From positions 103,486 through 167,485 of the IMG/VR virus record IMGVR_UViG_3300031918_000005: a DNA stretch of 64,000 bases. One strand, given 5' to 3'. The notes under the pieces are model-generated. The model was not told the DNA's origin and ran no database searches. It worked only from the letters and a program-made list of their open reading frames with translations. Below are positions 1-10,121 of the stretch, piece by piece. The DNA is from a virus. Both the position numbers and the translations under genes were made by a program. The first letter of the stretch is position 1. Each line of letters opens with the position of its first letter.

Positions 1-193
1 GTAAATTATATTGGTTGATTATAGCCTCTGCAGCTGATTTTATTGTTATATCATCATCTTCTTCTATACCAACTAGATATTTTTTATTTTCTTTGCTATT
101 GAACAAATAATAATTGCCATCAGTGTCTTTAGATATCAACAATTTATTGTCATATTCAAGGAAGTAGCTTCCATCTGATATTTTCCAATTCAT
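1..193 (-). CDS. hypothetical protein, runs off the left edge (MNWKISDGSYFLEYDNKLL...)
   Basis: ATG at 193 on the minus strand, open to position 1; TAAATA-rich leader. Confidence 0.7.
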   Translation of the reverse strand, partial: MNWKISDGSYFLEYDNKLLISKDTDGNYYLFNSKENKKYLVGIEEDDDITIKSAAEAIINQYNL

Positions 194-291
194 AATCGAA
201 TATTTTAATTTTTATTTATTTATTTTTATTCATTACAAAAACGCAAAAATTCAATATTAATGTAAAGACATTTATTAATAATATAAAAACG

Positions 292-325
292 ATTCGACCA
301 TCAAATGAGGGTTTGATGGTCGAAT
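292..325 (-). terminator. intrinsic terminator downstream of the tail tube gene
   Basis: 14-bp perfect stem attcgaccatcaaa/tttgatggtcgaat, followed by a T-run on the minus strand. Confidence 0.75.
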
Positions 326-361
326 TGGGCATTGGATTAGAAAGGGGGTGTATTCAATATA

Positions 362-928
362 TTATCCAGCTAATAAATCCTTTTGATTTTCGCATTGGAA
401 CTTGAAACCAGTAATTTTATAGATACTTTCAGTATTTGTACTTAAATTCCAAGCTGGTAATTGTGTCACTGGAAAGAAAATTGGGATTTCATAATACTTT
501 ATAAGTTGTCCAATTTTGTTCGTAATTTCAATGCTTGCAGAACCAGTATGGTCTTTTTTCAATGTTTGGAGTGCTGTTGCAGGGTCATAAAGTAATTTAG
601 ACCAATCTCTCAACAAATCATATGGATAAGGAACTAATGTTTCAGGATTAACATTGACTTCAAAATCAAATGTTAATTGCATTTTTGTGTCAACAATAGT
701 TCCGATATAAGTTCTATCGTGGTGTCTATACTTTTGAGATACAGTTCCTGGAATTTTATCATTATCAAGACCATCAATTTTAAGATGTTGCTCAAGCAAT
801 AAAGCAGAACTTCCATATTTCTTTTGAAGTGAGGTTGGTAATATAATATTTGCTTTATATCTTGTTAAAAATACTGGTTCGTCCAGATTTATAGCAGCTC
901 TTGAGCCTCCAAAACTATAATTATCCAT
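362..928 (-). CDS. tail tube protein (T4 gp19-like)
   Basis: 188 aa; tube-like pattern (LTFDFEVN...LRDWSKLLYDPAT...KKDHTGSASIEITNKIG...FFP). Confidence 0.65.
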   Translation of the reverse strand: MDNYSFGGSRAAINLDEPVFLTRYKANIILPTSLQKKYGSSALLLEQHLKIDGLDNDKIPGTVSQKYRHHDRTYIGTIVDTKMQLTFDFEVNVNPETLVPYPYDLLRDWSKLLYDPATALQTLKKDHTGSASIEITNKIGQLIKYYEIPIFFPVTQLPAWNLSTNTESIYKITGFKFQCENQKDLLAG

Positions 929-1006
929 ATTATTTCAATTTATATGATTATTTTTAATTATTTAGTAAAATGACAATATAATAAAAAGTATTTTGAAATA
1001 ATATAT

Positions 1007-1750
1007 TTAATCGAAGTACAATAAACCTAAATCTGCAGGGCTTTGTTGATATTCTTTAAGATATGTTTCAACTTCTTTTACCATATCTTTGCCTTCATCT
1101 TTGATAGCTTTGAAGTCTATTTTATATCCACCTATTAATTTTTGATCTGTAAATCCGATTATATTACCAAAAGATATTTTACATTTTCCAAGACAATATT
1201 TTCTGAACATGACATCATCGAAGAGTTTTTCTTCAGGAACATTCATCGAACATTCAGCCAAAATAGATGCTTTAACATCAACACCTTCAACAGTTATCAT
1301 ATGGGTATTTTGATTGAAAGCATAAACCAAGTCAGTAACGATGAAATTTGTAAGGAAAGATGTATAGTAATTATAGGTTATAGCAGTAAGCATCGCATTT
1401 GAGTTACCACCGATACCCATATTAAAATTCCAGTTCGTTTGTTTAAAATCCGTATCTTTACCATTATAAAGACCAAGATTATAATTACCTGAAATAGTTC
1501 TGATTCTAACAACAGCATGAACAGCCTTAGGCATTTCAATTTGTCTTCTAGCTTTGAACAAATCGGTATGGAATGCTGTATCATCAATAATTATATAACA
1601 GAATTCATGAGATAAATCCGAAAGTTCATAATAATAATCTCTAGTGTTTGATATTATTGTGTTTATCCTATTTTTATTAGGTGCTGAAGGTATTGTTCCA
1701 CCCTCACTCAATTCATCAATTAACCAATTAATAAATTCTTTTCTTGTCAT
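1007..1750 (-). CDS. neck/head-completion protein (gp13-like)
   Basis: MTRKEFINWLIDEL N-terminus and FRKYCLGKCKISFG...GGYKIDF...EGK C-terminus resemble gp13. Confidence 0.6.
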   Translation of the reverse strand: MTRKEFINWLIDELSEGGTIPSAPNKNRINTIISNTRDYYYELSDLSHEFCYIIIDDTAFHTDLFKARRQIEMPKAVHAVVRIRTISGNYNLGLYNGKDTDFKQTNWNFNMGIGGNSNAMLTAITYNYYTSFLTNFIVTDLVYAFNQNTHMITVEGVDVKASILAECSMNVPEEKLFDDVMFRKYCLGKCKISFGNIIGFTDQKLIGGYKIDFKAIKDEGKDMVKEVETYLKEYQQSPADLGLLYFD

Positions 1751-1768
1751 ACCTTTTTATTTTATTTA

Positions 1769-1860
1769 GTATTATAAAAAGTTGGTATTATAAAAAGTTG
1801 GTACATTATTATTTTCCACAATATTAAATAAAATAAAATAAAATAAAATAAAATAAAATA
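1769..1860. repeat. 16-bp tandem duplication plus (TAAAA)n microsatellite
   Basis: gtattataaaaagttg twice at 1769-1800; about 7 TAAAA units immediately before the ATG at 1860. Confidence 0.85.
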
Positions 1861-2837
1861 TGAATTATTACAATTTATTACAATGGTATAATAAAAATAA
1901 AAATTGTTATTTTATTAAAAAAGGTGCTAAAGATTCAGAAGAATATACAAAAATTTTAAGTTTAACTTCTTTCCTTAATGAATATTATGATACAATTTCT
2001 CTATCTCAAAGAATGTGGCATATAGAAAATGATATATTTGAAATTCAAAAATGTGAAATATGTGGAAATATTGTAAAATTCGAAAGACACATAAAATATT
2101 ATAAAACATGTTGTAAAACATGCAATATAAAATACAGAAATTCTGATGAATTAAAACAAAAAACAAAAAACACTAATATTGAAAGATACGGTGTTGAATG
2201 GAGTCAACAATCTGTTATTATTAAACAAAAAATGATTGATAACAACATTAAAAAATATGGAGTTGTATCCACTTCTAAATTACAAAATGTTAAAAACAAA
2301 ATGTTAAAAACAAATTTAGAAAAATATAGTGGAACTGGATTTGCAAGTGATAAAAACAGAGAAAAACAGAGAAAAACAATGATTGAAAGATATGGAGCTG
2401 AAAATCCAAGTTTTATCACATCAATATTACAAAGAGGTCATTTAACCAAAATCAAAAACAATTCTTATCAAAAATCAAAGGAAGAAGATGAATTTTATCA
2501 AGATTTAGTATTATTGTTTGGAGAACATAATGTAATTAGACAATATCAAGATGAAAGATATTATAACAAAATCACAAACAAAAAATTTGTTTGTGATTTT
2601 TATGTGAAAAGTTTAGATTTATTTATAGAATATGATGGTCATTGGTCACATAAACCACAGTATTTAAAAGAGAAAGAAAGAAATGAATTTATTAAAAAAC
2701 TTAATAATAAAAACACAGAATATTCACAAAGTATGTTGAAAGCATATTATAGAGATATTGAAAAAAGAAATATTTCAAAAATCAACAATTTAAACATTGA
2801 ATTTGTACCAAGTAACAAATTATTAAGGCACATTTAA
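1860..2837 (+). CDS. free-standing putative homing endonuclease (Zn-finger, TNxERYG repeats, C-terminal PD-(D/E)xK/Vsr-like domain)
   Basis: CEICG...CCKTC; TNIERYG/NNIKKYG/TNLEKYS/TMIERYG repeats; CDFY...FIEYDGHW; opposite strand to its neighbours. Confidence 0.7.
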   Translation: MNYYNLLQWYNKNKNCYFIKKGAKDSEEYTKILSLTSFLNEYYDTISLSQRMWHIENDIFEIQKCEICGNIVKFERHIKYYKTCCKTCNIKYRNSDELKQKTKNTNIERYGVEWSQQSVIIKQKMIDNNIKKYGVVSTSKLQNVKNKMLKTNLEKYSGTGFASDKNREKQRKTMIERYGAENPSFITSILQRGHLTKIKNNSYQKSKEEDEFYQDLVLLFGEHNVIRQYQDERYYNKITNKKFVCDFYVKSLDLFIEYDGHWSHKPQYLKEKERNEFIKKLNNKNTEYSQSMLKAYYRDIEKRNISKINNLNIEFVPSNKLLRHI

Positions 2838-3388
2838 TTAAACAAAGTGTTTATATCAATACCATCTGATATACATCCACCAAGAAGATTTTGTAATATT
2901 TTTAAAAGAAGCTCTTCTTCTTGTTCTATATCTTCATTTTTATACCATTCCTCAATAAGTAATATAGAATCTAAACTATTGATTGGTATAGGTAATTTTT
3001 CAGATTTAAAATATTCATTTACACATATTAAATGTATAGACTTTGCATATAATTGCTTTATATTTTCTTCATCTACTTCAATACCAAAATTGAACTTACA
3101 ATCAAGTGCTAATACTGTGTGATATAATTCATCTTTTTTTGTGGGTTTAACTTGGTATTTTTTAATAATATCAAGTTTGTTGGAATTTTGCTCGATATAT
3201 TCAAATTGCTCGTCTTTTATTTTTGCAGAATATACAATACCTTCAAGTGTTACATAAAACACTTTTTCATCTTTGGAATTATTCTCAACGACATTACCAA
3301 ATTGACCAGCTTTTAAGATTTTAGTATCATAATTAGCTGAATAAACTTGTAGTCTGTCACACTTTAATATAGCTTTACCTTTTGCCAT
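2834..3388 (-). CDS. hypothetical protein
   Basis: 184-aa ORF in the minus-strand operon. Confidence 0.6.
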   Translation of the reverse strand: MAKGKAILKCDRLQVYSANYDTKILKAGQFGNVVENNSKDEKVFYVTLEGIVYSAKIKDEQFEYIEQNSNKLDIIKKYQVKPTKKDELYHTVLALDCKFNFGIEVDEENIKQLYAKSIHLICVNEYFKSEKLPIPINSLDSILLIEEWYKNEDIEQEEELLLKILQNLLGGCISDGIDINTLFN

Positions 3389-3391
3389 AAA

Positions 3392-4066
3392 TCAACCTTT
3401 AGTTTTTTTATTTATTTTATAAATTGTTTTGTGTAACCAATATTCAAGTTTTGTTAGTAATGATTTCGATTCCATATTTTTATAATACAATTCAAAAATA
3501 GATATCTTCTCAAATTCCGATATTTGTGTGTTGAGTATGTCAACATCTGTATCATATGTTACACAATTATGAACCAACAATCCATCAGCAATAAACATAT
3601 GAAGCTTATCATCAATTGTTATGTCAAATACTTTATGTTTACCATTCAATAATTCAACTGATTCAATAATATCAAATTTACCTTCGGCATCGGTAAGACA
3701 ATATTCATTCATTACACAATCTTCCAAATGGCTTTTCAATCGTTTTGTTGAAAAGTATGTATTTTTAACAACGACTGTATTTCTTACAATACAGCAAGGA
3801 AATATATGGTCTTCAGTAGCTTGTATTATTTTACCAGTTTTAGTGGTTATTTTACACAATTCTTTTTTACCATTATAATGTACATGAGTTATTTTTGAAA
3901 TTCTTGTTTTATCTATATTAACAAAGTAACCAAAGGGTTCTATTTTATAAGACCTTTGGTTACTATATATTATAACATCTTCAATCAAAGATATCAAATA
4001 TATGATAAGCTTAGGGGAAAAATTTTTACACGATGTTTTTTGTAACTTCGACATAATCTTCATCAT
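3392..4066 (-). CDS. extein-less split-intein protein: long IntC fused directly to a short IntN
   Basis: block B ATEDH, block F VFDITI and block G LVHN, followed at once by CVTYDTDV...ISIFELY (intein block A of the atypically split TerL-intein type). Confidence 0.8.
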   Translation of the reverse strand: MMKIMSKLQKTSCKNFSPKLIIYLISLIEDVIIYSNQRSYKIEPFGYFVNIDKTRISKITHVHYNGKKELCKITTKTGKIIQATEDHIFPCCIVRNTVVVKNTYFSTKRLKSHLEDCVMNEYCLTDAEGKFDIIESVELLNGKHKVFDITIDDKLHMFIADGLLVHNCVTYDTDVDILNTQISEFEKISIFELYYKNMESKSLLTKLEYWLHKTIYKINKKTKG

Positions 4067-4517
4067 TTGTTTTAAAGATGGTTTTAATTTTATCTTTTTT
4101 GACTATGGAAACGATTTCATGATCACAAAGATACCCACCAACCTTTATAAATTCAGTAACTTTTTCAAATGCTTCTTTAGCATCTTCTGCTGATACATAC
4201 ATGTTTGTGTTTGATGTTTTTGTAGATTTATCATCTGATTCAACACTAAATCTAACAATAATTTTGTAATAGCATTCTGAATCATCGCCAACAACATCAG
4301 AAATTTCTTCCTTAAGTATTTTTTTAATTTCAAACACCTTGTTACCTTCTCCATCACCAAGACACCCTATACAAATAAGCTCTTTTTTAATAAGCTCTTT
4401 GAATATCTTTTCAGATTTTTCATAATTCGTTGCAGGAATGTAATATTCTTGAGATTTTGGCACTATACCAAATTCTGTTTGTGTTTGTTCTTTGATAATT
4501 GCTTTGAAGTAAATCAT
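4026..4517 (-). CDS. hypothetical protein with two internal repeats (DUF4494-like)
   Basis: two similar halves (YYIPATNYEKSE / MYVSAEDAKEAF). Confidence 0.5.
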   Translation of the reverse strand: MIYFKAIIKEQTQTEFGIVPKSQEYYIPATNYEKSEKIFKELIKKELICIGCLGDGEGNKVFEIKKILKEEISDVVGDDSECYYKIIVRFSVESDDKSTKTSNTNMYVSAEDAKEAFEKVTEFIKVGGYLCDHEIVSIVKKDKIKTIFKTNDEDYVEVTKNIV

Positions 4518-4522
4518 GATAA

Positions 4523-6106
4523 TTAAGTTTTATTTATATTAATATTAATTGATTCAACTGAAAAACCTTCCTCATTATAATAAGCCCTTCTTTCTTTACC
4601 CCATTTATTCATATATGATATGATAGAGTCCATTTTACCAGTGGTCATATTTTGTTTTTTGGTGTTTGTAGTTTCTATAATGTCATATATTGTTGTCATG
4701 TCTTTACCTTCATAAAGACGAGCCAACCTTCCCATTGTTTGGTTATTGGTAGTATTGGATTTAAAAGCTTCGGCATATAATATATTAGCTAGACTTTTGA
4801 TTGATTGGCCAGTAGAGAATGTTGTATAATTAGCAACAAGTATGGAATTACCAGTATCATCTTTTTTGATTTCATCTTTATATATTTCCCTAAAATTTGT
4901 TTCTACATCACCATCAATATAATATATTTTTTTACCAAGATTATGGTAAATATTAAGCTCTCTAAGTCTTTCTGATATTTGTTTACCATATTCGCCTTTT
5001 TTATCTGTGAAATAAACAAGTGTATTACCTTTTAGTTGACTTATGAGTTGACATTTCCATTCAAAAAGTCTTTTATGTGACCTTATGAATTGTTGTTCAT
5101 ATCTCAATTTCTTTTCGGGGTCATCTATATAGTCCTTATCAATAGCAAGCTGTAATTTCTCTTTGTCAGTTGCGAAGTCAACAGTTATTTGTTTTACTCT
5201 ACAATCTGTTGTCGCACCAACATCAACCAAAGACTTCTTAGATATTACCTGAACAATTGGTCCAAAATTATCTTCATTAGTAAAATGGTCTGAAGTATCA
5301 CCAATTTTTGGATGTGAACCTGATAAACCTATCAGATTATTAACAACACCACAATTTTTAATTATATTTTTTATGGATGAAGAAACCGACCTATGTGATT
5401 CATCACACATTATAGTATCAAATTTTGATAAAAATTTATCATCATAATTAACAAGTGTAGAAAAATTACCAATTATATGATCAAATTTTTCTATATTTTT
5501 TCTATCTTTGGATTCACCATATGCCATACCAAGCTTTAAATTATATTTCCCATTTGAATATTCGGAAAACTCTTGGAATGTCTGTATAACAAGTGCAGGG
5601 TCGGGTTCTATTATAAGAACATGCTTAGATTGATTTGTATATCTAAGTAACATCAATAACAAATACATAATAAGTGTTTTACCACCACCAGTACCAACAT
5701 CAATTCTGCCAAATCTATATTTGAATGCGTTATAAACTGATTCAACCTGATAATCATATGGAGTTATGTCTTCAAGCTCTTCTGTCATATTATAGCAGAA
5801 GCTTTTAACTTGTTCATATGTTATTTTTTCTCTTAGGAAACTATCAAAGTTTTGAAAGCTAATAGGAAATCCAAATCTTTTACACATAGTAATAAGATTA
5901 GACCATTGAGTTGATCTAATCTTATCAGGTGATATCATATAATCAACAATACCTTTCCATCCCTTACCTTTAGCACCCATTTTTTTCTGAAGGATATAAA
6001 AATTTTCAACCTTTTTTCTGAAATAAATAGCAGTTTGAAGTTGTTCTGCTTCAGAATTATAAAATAATATTAAATATTGTTTATCTTCAGTTAATTTTGC
6101 TATCAT
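4523..6106 (-). CDS. uvsW: SF2 DNA helicase, UvsW-like
   Basis: PYDYQ Q-motif, GTGGGKT Walker A, DESH, GLSGS, QTMGRLAR. Confidence 0.85.
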   Translation of the reverse strand: MIAKLTEDKQYLILFYNSEAEQLQTAIYFRKKVENFYILQKKMGAKGKGWKGIVDYMISPDKIRSTQWSNLITMCKRFGFPISFQNFDSFLREKITYEQVKSFCYNMTEELEDITPYDYQVESVYNAFKYRFGRIDVGTGGGKTLIMYLLLMLLRYTNQSKHVLIIEPDPALVIQTFQEFSEYSNGKYNLKLGMAYGESKDRKNIEKFDHIIGNFSTLVNYDDKFLSKFDTIMCDESHRSVSSSIKNIIKNCGVVNNLIGLSGSHPKIGDTSDHFTNEDNFGPIVQVISKKSLVDVGATTDCRVKQITVDFATDKEKLQLAIDKDYIDDPEKKLRYEQQFIRSHKRLFEWKCQLISQLKGNTLVYFTDKKGEYGKQISERLRELNIYHNLGKKIYYIDGDVETNFREIYKDEIKKDDTGNSILVANYTTFSTGQSIKSLANILYAEAFKSNTTNNQTMGRLARLYEGKDMTTIYDIIETTNTKKQNMTTGKMDSIISYMNKWGKERRAYYNEEGFSVESINININKT

Positions 6107-6594
6107 TTTTTAATAAATTTTTCTCTATGCTTTGTTATATTTTCTTCCGAAAGTTTGCTTAAACAAATTGAATATGTTAACAATATTTTCAGAAATTCGT
6201 TTGGTAATTCTTTACATCCAAATCGATTATAATTTTGGAAAAATTCAGCAGCTTCAACAATTTCTTGTTTGTCGGAACTCGTTACAAGAACATCAAACAT
6301 TTCATGGAATTGCTTTGTTTCAGGAAATTTTTCATCATAGTTTTTTTTAAGAATTAGCATCCTTTCAAAATTATAACATACAAATTCGAAAAGGATAATT
6401 TCTTGTTTTCTTATCATCCCATCAACCACAATCAAAGCTATTATTGTTAGATAATAAAGTATTCCGTATCCAGATACAGTATACAGTATTATTTTAAAAA
6501 ATAAATTCATATCAATGTTTGAAATAACCACAATCAATCCTATAAATAAACTCATTTTTAAAGATTTTAATAAAACACTTGTTACCATAATCAA
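6103..6594 (-). CDS. membrane protein (two N-terminal TM segments)
   Basis: hydrophobic stretches at residues ~14-58. Confidence 0.6.
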   Translation of the reverse strand: MIMVTSVLLKSLKMSLFIGLIVVISNIDMNLFFKIILYTVSGYGILYYLTIIALIVVDGMIRKQEIILFEFVCYNFERMLILKKNYDEKFPETKQFHEMFDVLVTSSDKQEIVEAAEFFQNYNRFGCKELPNEFLKILLTYSICLSKLSEENITKHREKFIKK

Positions 6595-7118
6595 CTAATT
6601 TTTCTAAATTCTTCAAGTTTAACAACCAATTCATGTCCGAAAGTCATATCCGAAACATTTTTAATTGATTCCATCAAAAAATTTATATGATTATCTAAAA
6701 ATGATATACAATATTGATATTGAGAAAGATTTGCATCAATCATTGTTCTTCTCTCAAAATCATTTGCTGGCTTTATACCATCGATATTAGTACCAAATTT
6801 ATATTTTTTAATTTCATTATTTTTAAGTATAACAAAATCTTTTGTAAGCCATATTTGGTCATCTATTATACATTGCTTGCGTATGATTAATGTTTGTCTA
6901 TCAAAATAAAATTCATTTTTTGATTTTGATAATAGTGAAGCATTTTTCATATTATAACTAAGACCTTGTATTTTCTTAGTTATTCTTTCAGTATCAAATT
7001 CTTTCCTTTTTTCTATAAAATCGGTGATATCGGTGATATTAGTTGTTAAAATGCTGTTACCGATAAAATACTTTATAGTTTTATTGAGGTCATATATATT
7101 TTCAGAAGAGTTCTCCAT
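6591..7118 (-). CDS. recombination mediator, UvsY-like
   Basis: helical protein near uvsW; MIDANL...FLMESIKNVSDMTF...LEEFRK resembles the UvsY C-terminus; probable start ATG 7118. Confidence 0.5.
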   Translation of the reverse strand: MENSSENIYDLNKTIKYFIGNSILTTNITDITDFIEKRKEFDTERITKKIQGLSYNMKNASLLSKSKNEFYFDRQTLIIRKQCIIDDQIWLTKDFVILKNNEIKKYKFGTNIDGIKPANDFERRTMIDANLSQYQYCISFLDNHINFLMESIKNVSDMTFGHELVVKLEEFRKIS

Positions 7119-7275
7119 GAGTAGGTTTCTTTTTCTTTTTATGTTCTTGAACAACTTTTATGTTCAGTTTCTTAACAACTTTTATATTGGAATCTTCACC
7201 AATTTCAATTTCAGGAAGATTTATTTTTTCTTTCAAGTCGTTGTCAAAATTTATATTTCTTTTAAGATTCTGCAT
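7102..7275 (-). CDS. small hypothetical protein, 57 aa (MQNLKRNINFDND...KKKKPTHGELF), missing from the ORF track
   Basis: fills the gap between the gp46-like and UvsY-like genes and overlaps both. Confidence 0.55.
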   Translation of the reverse strand: MQNLKRNINFDNDLKEKINLPEIEIGEDSNIKVVKKLNIKVVQEHKKKKKPTHGELF

Positions 7276-10015
7276 TTTTCATTTTTGATAATTTTATTTG
7301 GGCAAAATTATTTTCAACATTAACTTCAATTTTATTATCAAAAAATGTTGGACTTATTACAGAATGATTTACCAAGAACACATTCATGTTCAATCCATCA
7401 ACTATTTCTCTTTTAGTTATCTCAAGCACTATAGGAAGCATAGACACATGGAGTGATGAGAATATCTCATCCAAGAACACAACATTAAGGTCTGTACATT
7501 TATTTTTGATAAATTTAACTATTGTACAGATGATTGAAAAGTCTATCATCTTTGATTGACCAAGAGATATTGTTCTGAACGATGCTTCATTACCAAATCT
7601 ATATATAGATGGTTTGAATTCATCGTCAAATTTAATAGTTAATGGTAGATCGAAATTACTAAGTATTGAATTAACTGAATGATTAATATAAGGAATGATT
7701 TTTGCTATAATAAAACTTTTTATTCCCTTATCCGATAATGAGTACTCAACAATCTTCAAGAAAATCAATGATTTGTTTATTATGGCATATTCATTAATAA
7801 CTTCATCAATTTGTTTAGTGTATTCAGCCATCTTCTCCACCATCAAATTTTTATTGTTGGTGATGATAAGATTATTGTTGTTTATGGTTTGTGTGTTTTT
7901 ATCGATTTCTTCAGTAAGAGTTAAATTTTCTTCAGATATTTCAGTTACAGATTTAGTTGCTTCTTCGAATTGTGAATTAAGCTCCTCAAGTTCAACACCT
8001 TCGAATAAAGTTTTAACTTCTTCGAATTGTGTTTCATCTTCAACAAGTTTTAACTCCAGTTTGCTTATTTCCAATTCTATGTTTTGCTTTCTAGTAAATT
8101 CATCTGTTATAAGTTGACCTACTGATTTTTTCTTAAGTTCCTCAATTTTACTTTCTTTATTAGCAACATTTTCATCATTAACTTCTTCAAGCTGGAATTT
8201 CAATTTATCGATTTCTTCGATTTTTGATTTATCAAATTTATCAATTTCATCCTGATAAACCTTTTTTGTTGAATCAAGTTCATCATGTTCTTTTGATAAA
8301 TTTTTGATTTCTTCTTCCTTATTTTTCAAGGCATCTTCTTTTAAATCAACAAATTGTATATTGAACTTAATAGCTTCAAATTTTTTCTTATCTGATTCAA
8401 AATCAACTTCGGTGCTGATATCAGTATAATTTAATAAAACATAACTAGCTTCAATAAGCTCTGATTTTTTGGAATCATCGATGAAGTTGTATTTTTCATT
8501 TGTATATTTTTCATTAGTAATATTGGTTTTTACTTTTAAACTGATTTTTAGCTCGATAGATTTTCTTTTCGATGCTTCCAATTTACCTTCAACTTCTTTG
8601 ATGAGTAAATCTTTTCCATCAACAGATTCCTTAATTATTGGTAATTCAATTTCAAGTTTTCTATTGTCATCTTCGAGTTCGGACATTTTTGATGAATATT
8701 CAGCATCGGAAAACAATGTTTCACATGTCGGGCATTTACCTTCCTTATATAAACCCAAGAAATAATTGTTCTTTTCAAGTTTCTGCTCTTTAATAACATA
8801 ACCAGCATTTTCTTGTTCTTTCAATTCTTTCAATTCGGTTATCTGTGTGGTGAAAGATTCAATAAGTTTATTTTCTGATATATATTGATTTCTTACAGTG
8901 TGTAAATCGAGCTGGTCTTCCAAAATGAAATCAATAGCATTGTTAAAATCGACATAAGCTCTAGATTTCAATAACTCATTATATTCAGTTTTTGCAGAAT
9001 CAATAATTTCAAGTTGTTTATCGATTTTTTTCTTAAGATTACCTATTTGCTCTGAATAATTGTTATATTGCTTAAGTGATGTCTTTTTGTAATATACTTG
9101 GATATCTGTTAGTATTGTTTGGATTTCATCAGTTGTCTTTGTTTCAGTTTTCTTCAGAATTTCCAAATTTTTCTCCAAATCAATGATGGATTGTTTTTGC
9201 TCACTGATGTTTGTTTTTACAGCCTCAAGTTCCAAGTATTCCAAGTATTTTGATATATTGTCACATTTCTTTTGCCATAATTCCATTTCATCAACCTTTT
9301 CACCTGATAAAGTGGTTTTTTCTGTGTTGATTCCCTTAAGCAGTTCTATTTCTTTTTCAAGCTCCGATATTTTATCATCGCTTTGCATATTGGCTTTTAA
9401 TTTTTCAATTTCACCTTCGATAAATTCCTTTTTAACATTATTGCTAACCAATTTATCGAGGTATGTTTTCATACCAATTTTATTCTGCTCGTTCATTTCA
9501 TTAAGAATATAGAATCCGAATATTCTATCACGAATTGCACGAGTATCTTTTGGTGTCATAGATATGAAGGACTTGAAATCAACCATTGAAAGAGATACTA
9601 TATTGGAGAATATATGATATTCAACATCAAGTATTCTCTCATAAACATATTTCTTTGTTTCAGGTATTTTACCAGTATCAATAAGTTCACCATCTTTATG
9701 GATTATTATGGATTTTATTGATGTTCTTGTATAATTGCTTTCAATAGACCATATACTGTTGAATGATTCAAGTTCCACTTTAATATAACCATTACCATTT
9801 ATGTCATTGGAAATTTCAGAAACACCAATAGGAACTTTATCGAAATACATACCAATCTTCAAACAATTGATGATTGAAGATTTTCCATGACCGTTTTTTC
9901 CTATTAATATATTGAGTGTTGCTTCATCTGATTCCGACAGATTTTCAAAATTTATCGTTTGTTTATTGTTACCAAAAAGAAATGTATTCTGAATTGTTAA
10001 TGATTTTATTCTCAT
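7262..10015 (-). CDS. Rad50/SbcC-like recombination ATPase (T4 gp46-like)
   Basis: GKNGHGKS Walker A, long coiled coil, CPTC zinc hook, ISLGQ signature, FLDE Walker B. Confidence 0.92.
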   Translation of the reverse strand: MRIKSLTIQNTFLFGNNKQTINFENLSESDEATLNILIGKNGHGKSSIINCLKIGMYFDKVPIGVSEISNDINGNGYIKVELESFNSIWSIESNYTRTSIKSIIIHKDGELIDTGKIPETKKYVYERILDVEYHIFSNIVSLSMVDFKSFISMTPKDTRAIRDRIFGFYILNEMNEQNKIGMKTYLDKLVSNNVKKEFIEGEIEKLKANMQSDDKISELEKEIELLKGINTEKTTLSGEKVDEMELWQKKCDNISKYLEYLELEAVKTNISEQKQSIIDLEKNLEILKKTETKTTDEIQTILTDIQVYYKKTSLKQYNNYSEQIGNLKKKIDKQLEIIDSAKTEYNELLKSRAYVDFNNAIDFILEDQLDLHTVRNQYISENKLIESFTTQITELKELKEQENAGYVIKEQKLEKNNYFLGLYKEGKCPTCETLFSDAEYSSKMSELEDDNRKLEIELPIIKESVDGKDLLIKEVEGKLEASKRKSIELKISLKVKTNITNEKYTNEKYNFIDDSKKSELIEASYVLLNYTDISTEVDFESDKKKFEAIKFNIQFVDLKEDALKNKEEEIKNLSKEHDELDSTKKVYQDEIDKFDKSKIEEIDKLKFQLEEVNDENVANKESKIEELKKKSVGQLITDEFTRKQNIELEISKLELKLVEDETQFEEVKTLFEGVELEELNSQFEEATKSVTEISEENLTLTEEIDKNTQTINNNNLIITNNKNLMVEKMAEYTKQIDEVINEYAIINKSLIFLKIVEYSLSDKGIKSFIIAKIIPYINHSVNSILSNFDLPLTIKFDDEFKPSIYRFGNEASFRTISLGQSKMIDFSIICTIVKFIKNKCTDLNVVFLDEIFSSLHVSMLPIVLEITKREIVDGLNMNVFLVNHSVISPTFFDNKIEVNVENNFAQIKLSKMKNAES

Positions 10016-10022
10016 CTTATAG

Positions 10023-10036
10023 TTTATGTTTTTATA
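10023..10036 (-). promoter_or_regulatory. TATAAAAACATAAA motif (recurs at 43714, 47781 and 56282)
   Basis: identical 14-mer 7 nt upstream of the gp46-like, MazG-like and ligase starts; one-A variant upstream of dut. Confidence 0.6.
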
Positions 10037-10066
10037 TTAAAAACAAATTAGATTTTTCTTATAAAA

Positions 10067-10104
10067 ACAAATTTGGCTAGGATAATTATCCTAGCCAAAT
10101 TTGT
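10067..10104 (-). terminator. perfect 38-bp palindrome, probable terminator
   Basis: acaaatttggctaggataattatcctagccaaatttgt is its own reverse complement; T-run follows on the minus strand. Confidence 0.75.
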
Positions 10105-10121
10105 GATTGTTTGTTGTTTTG

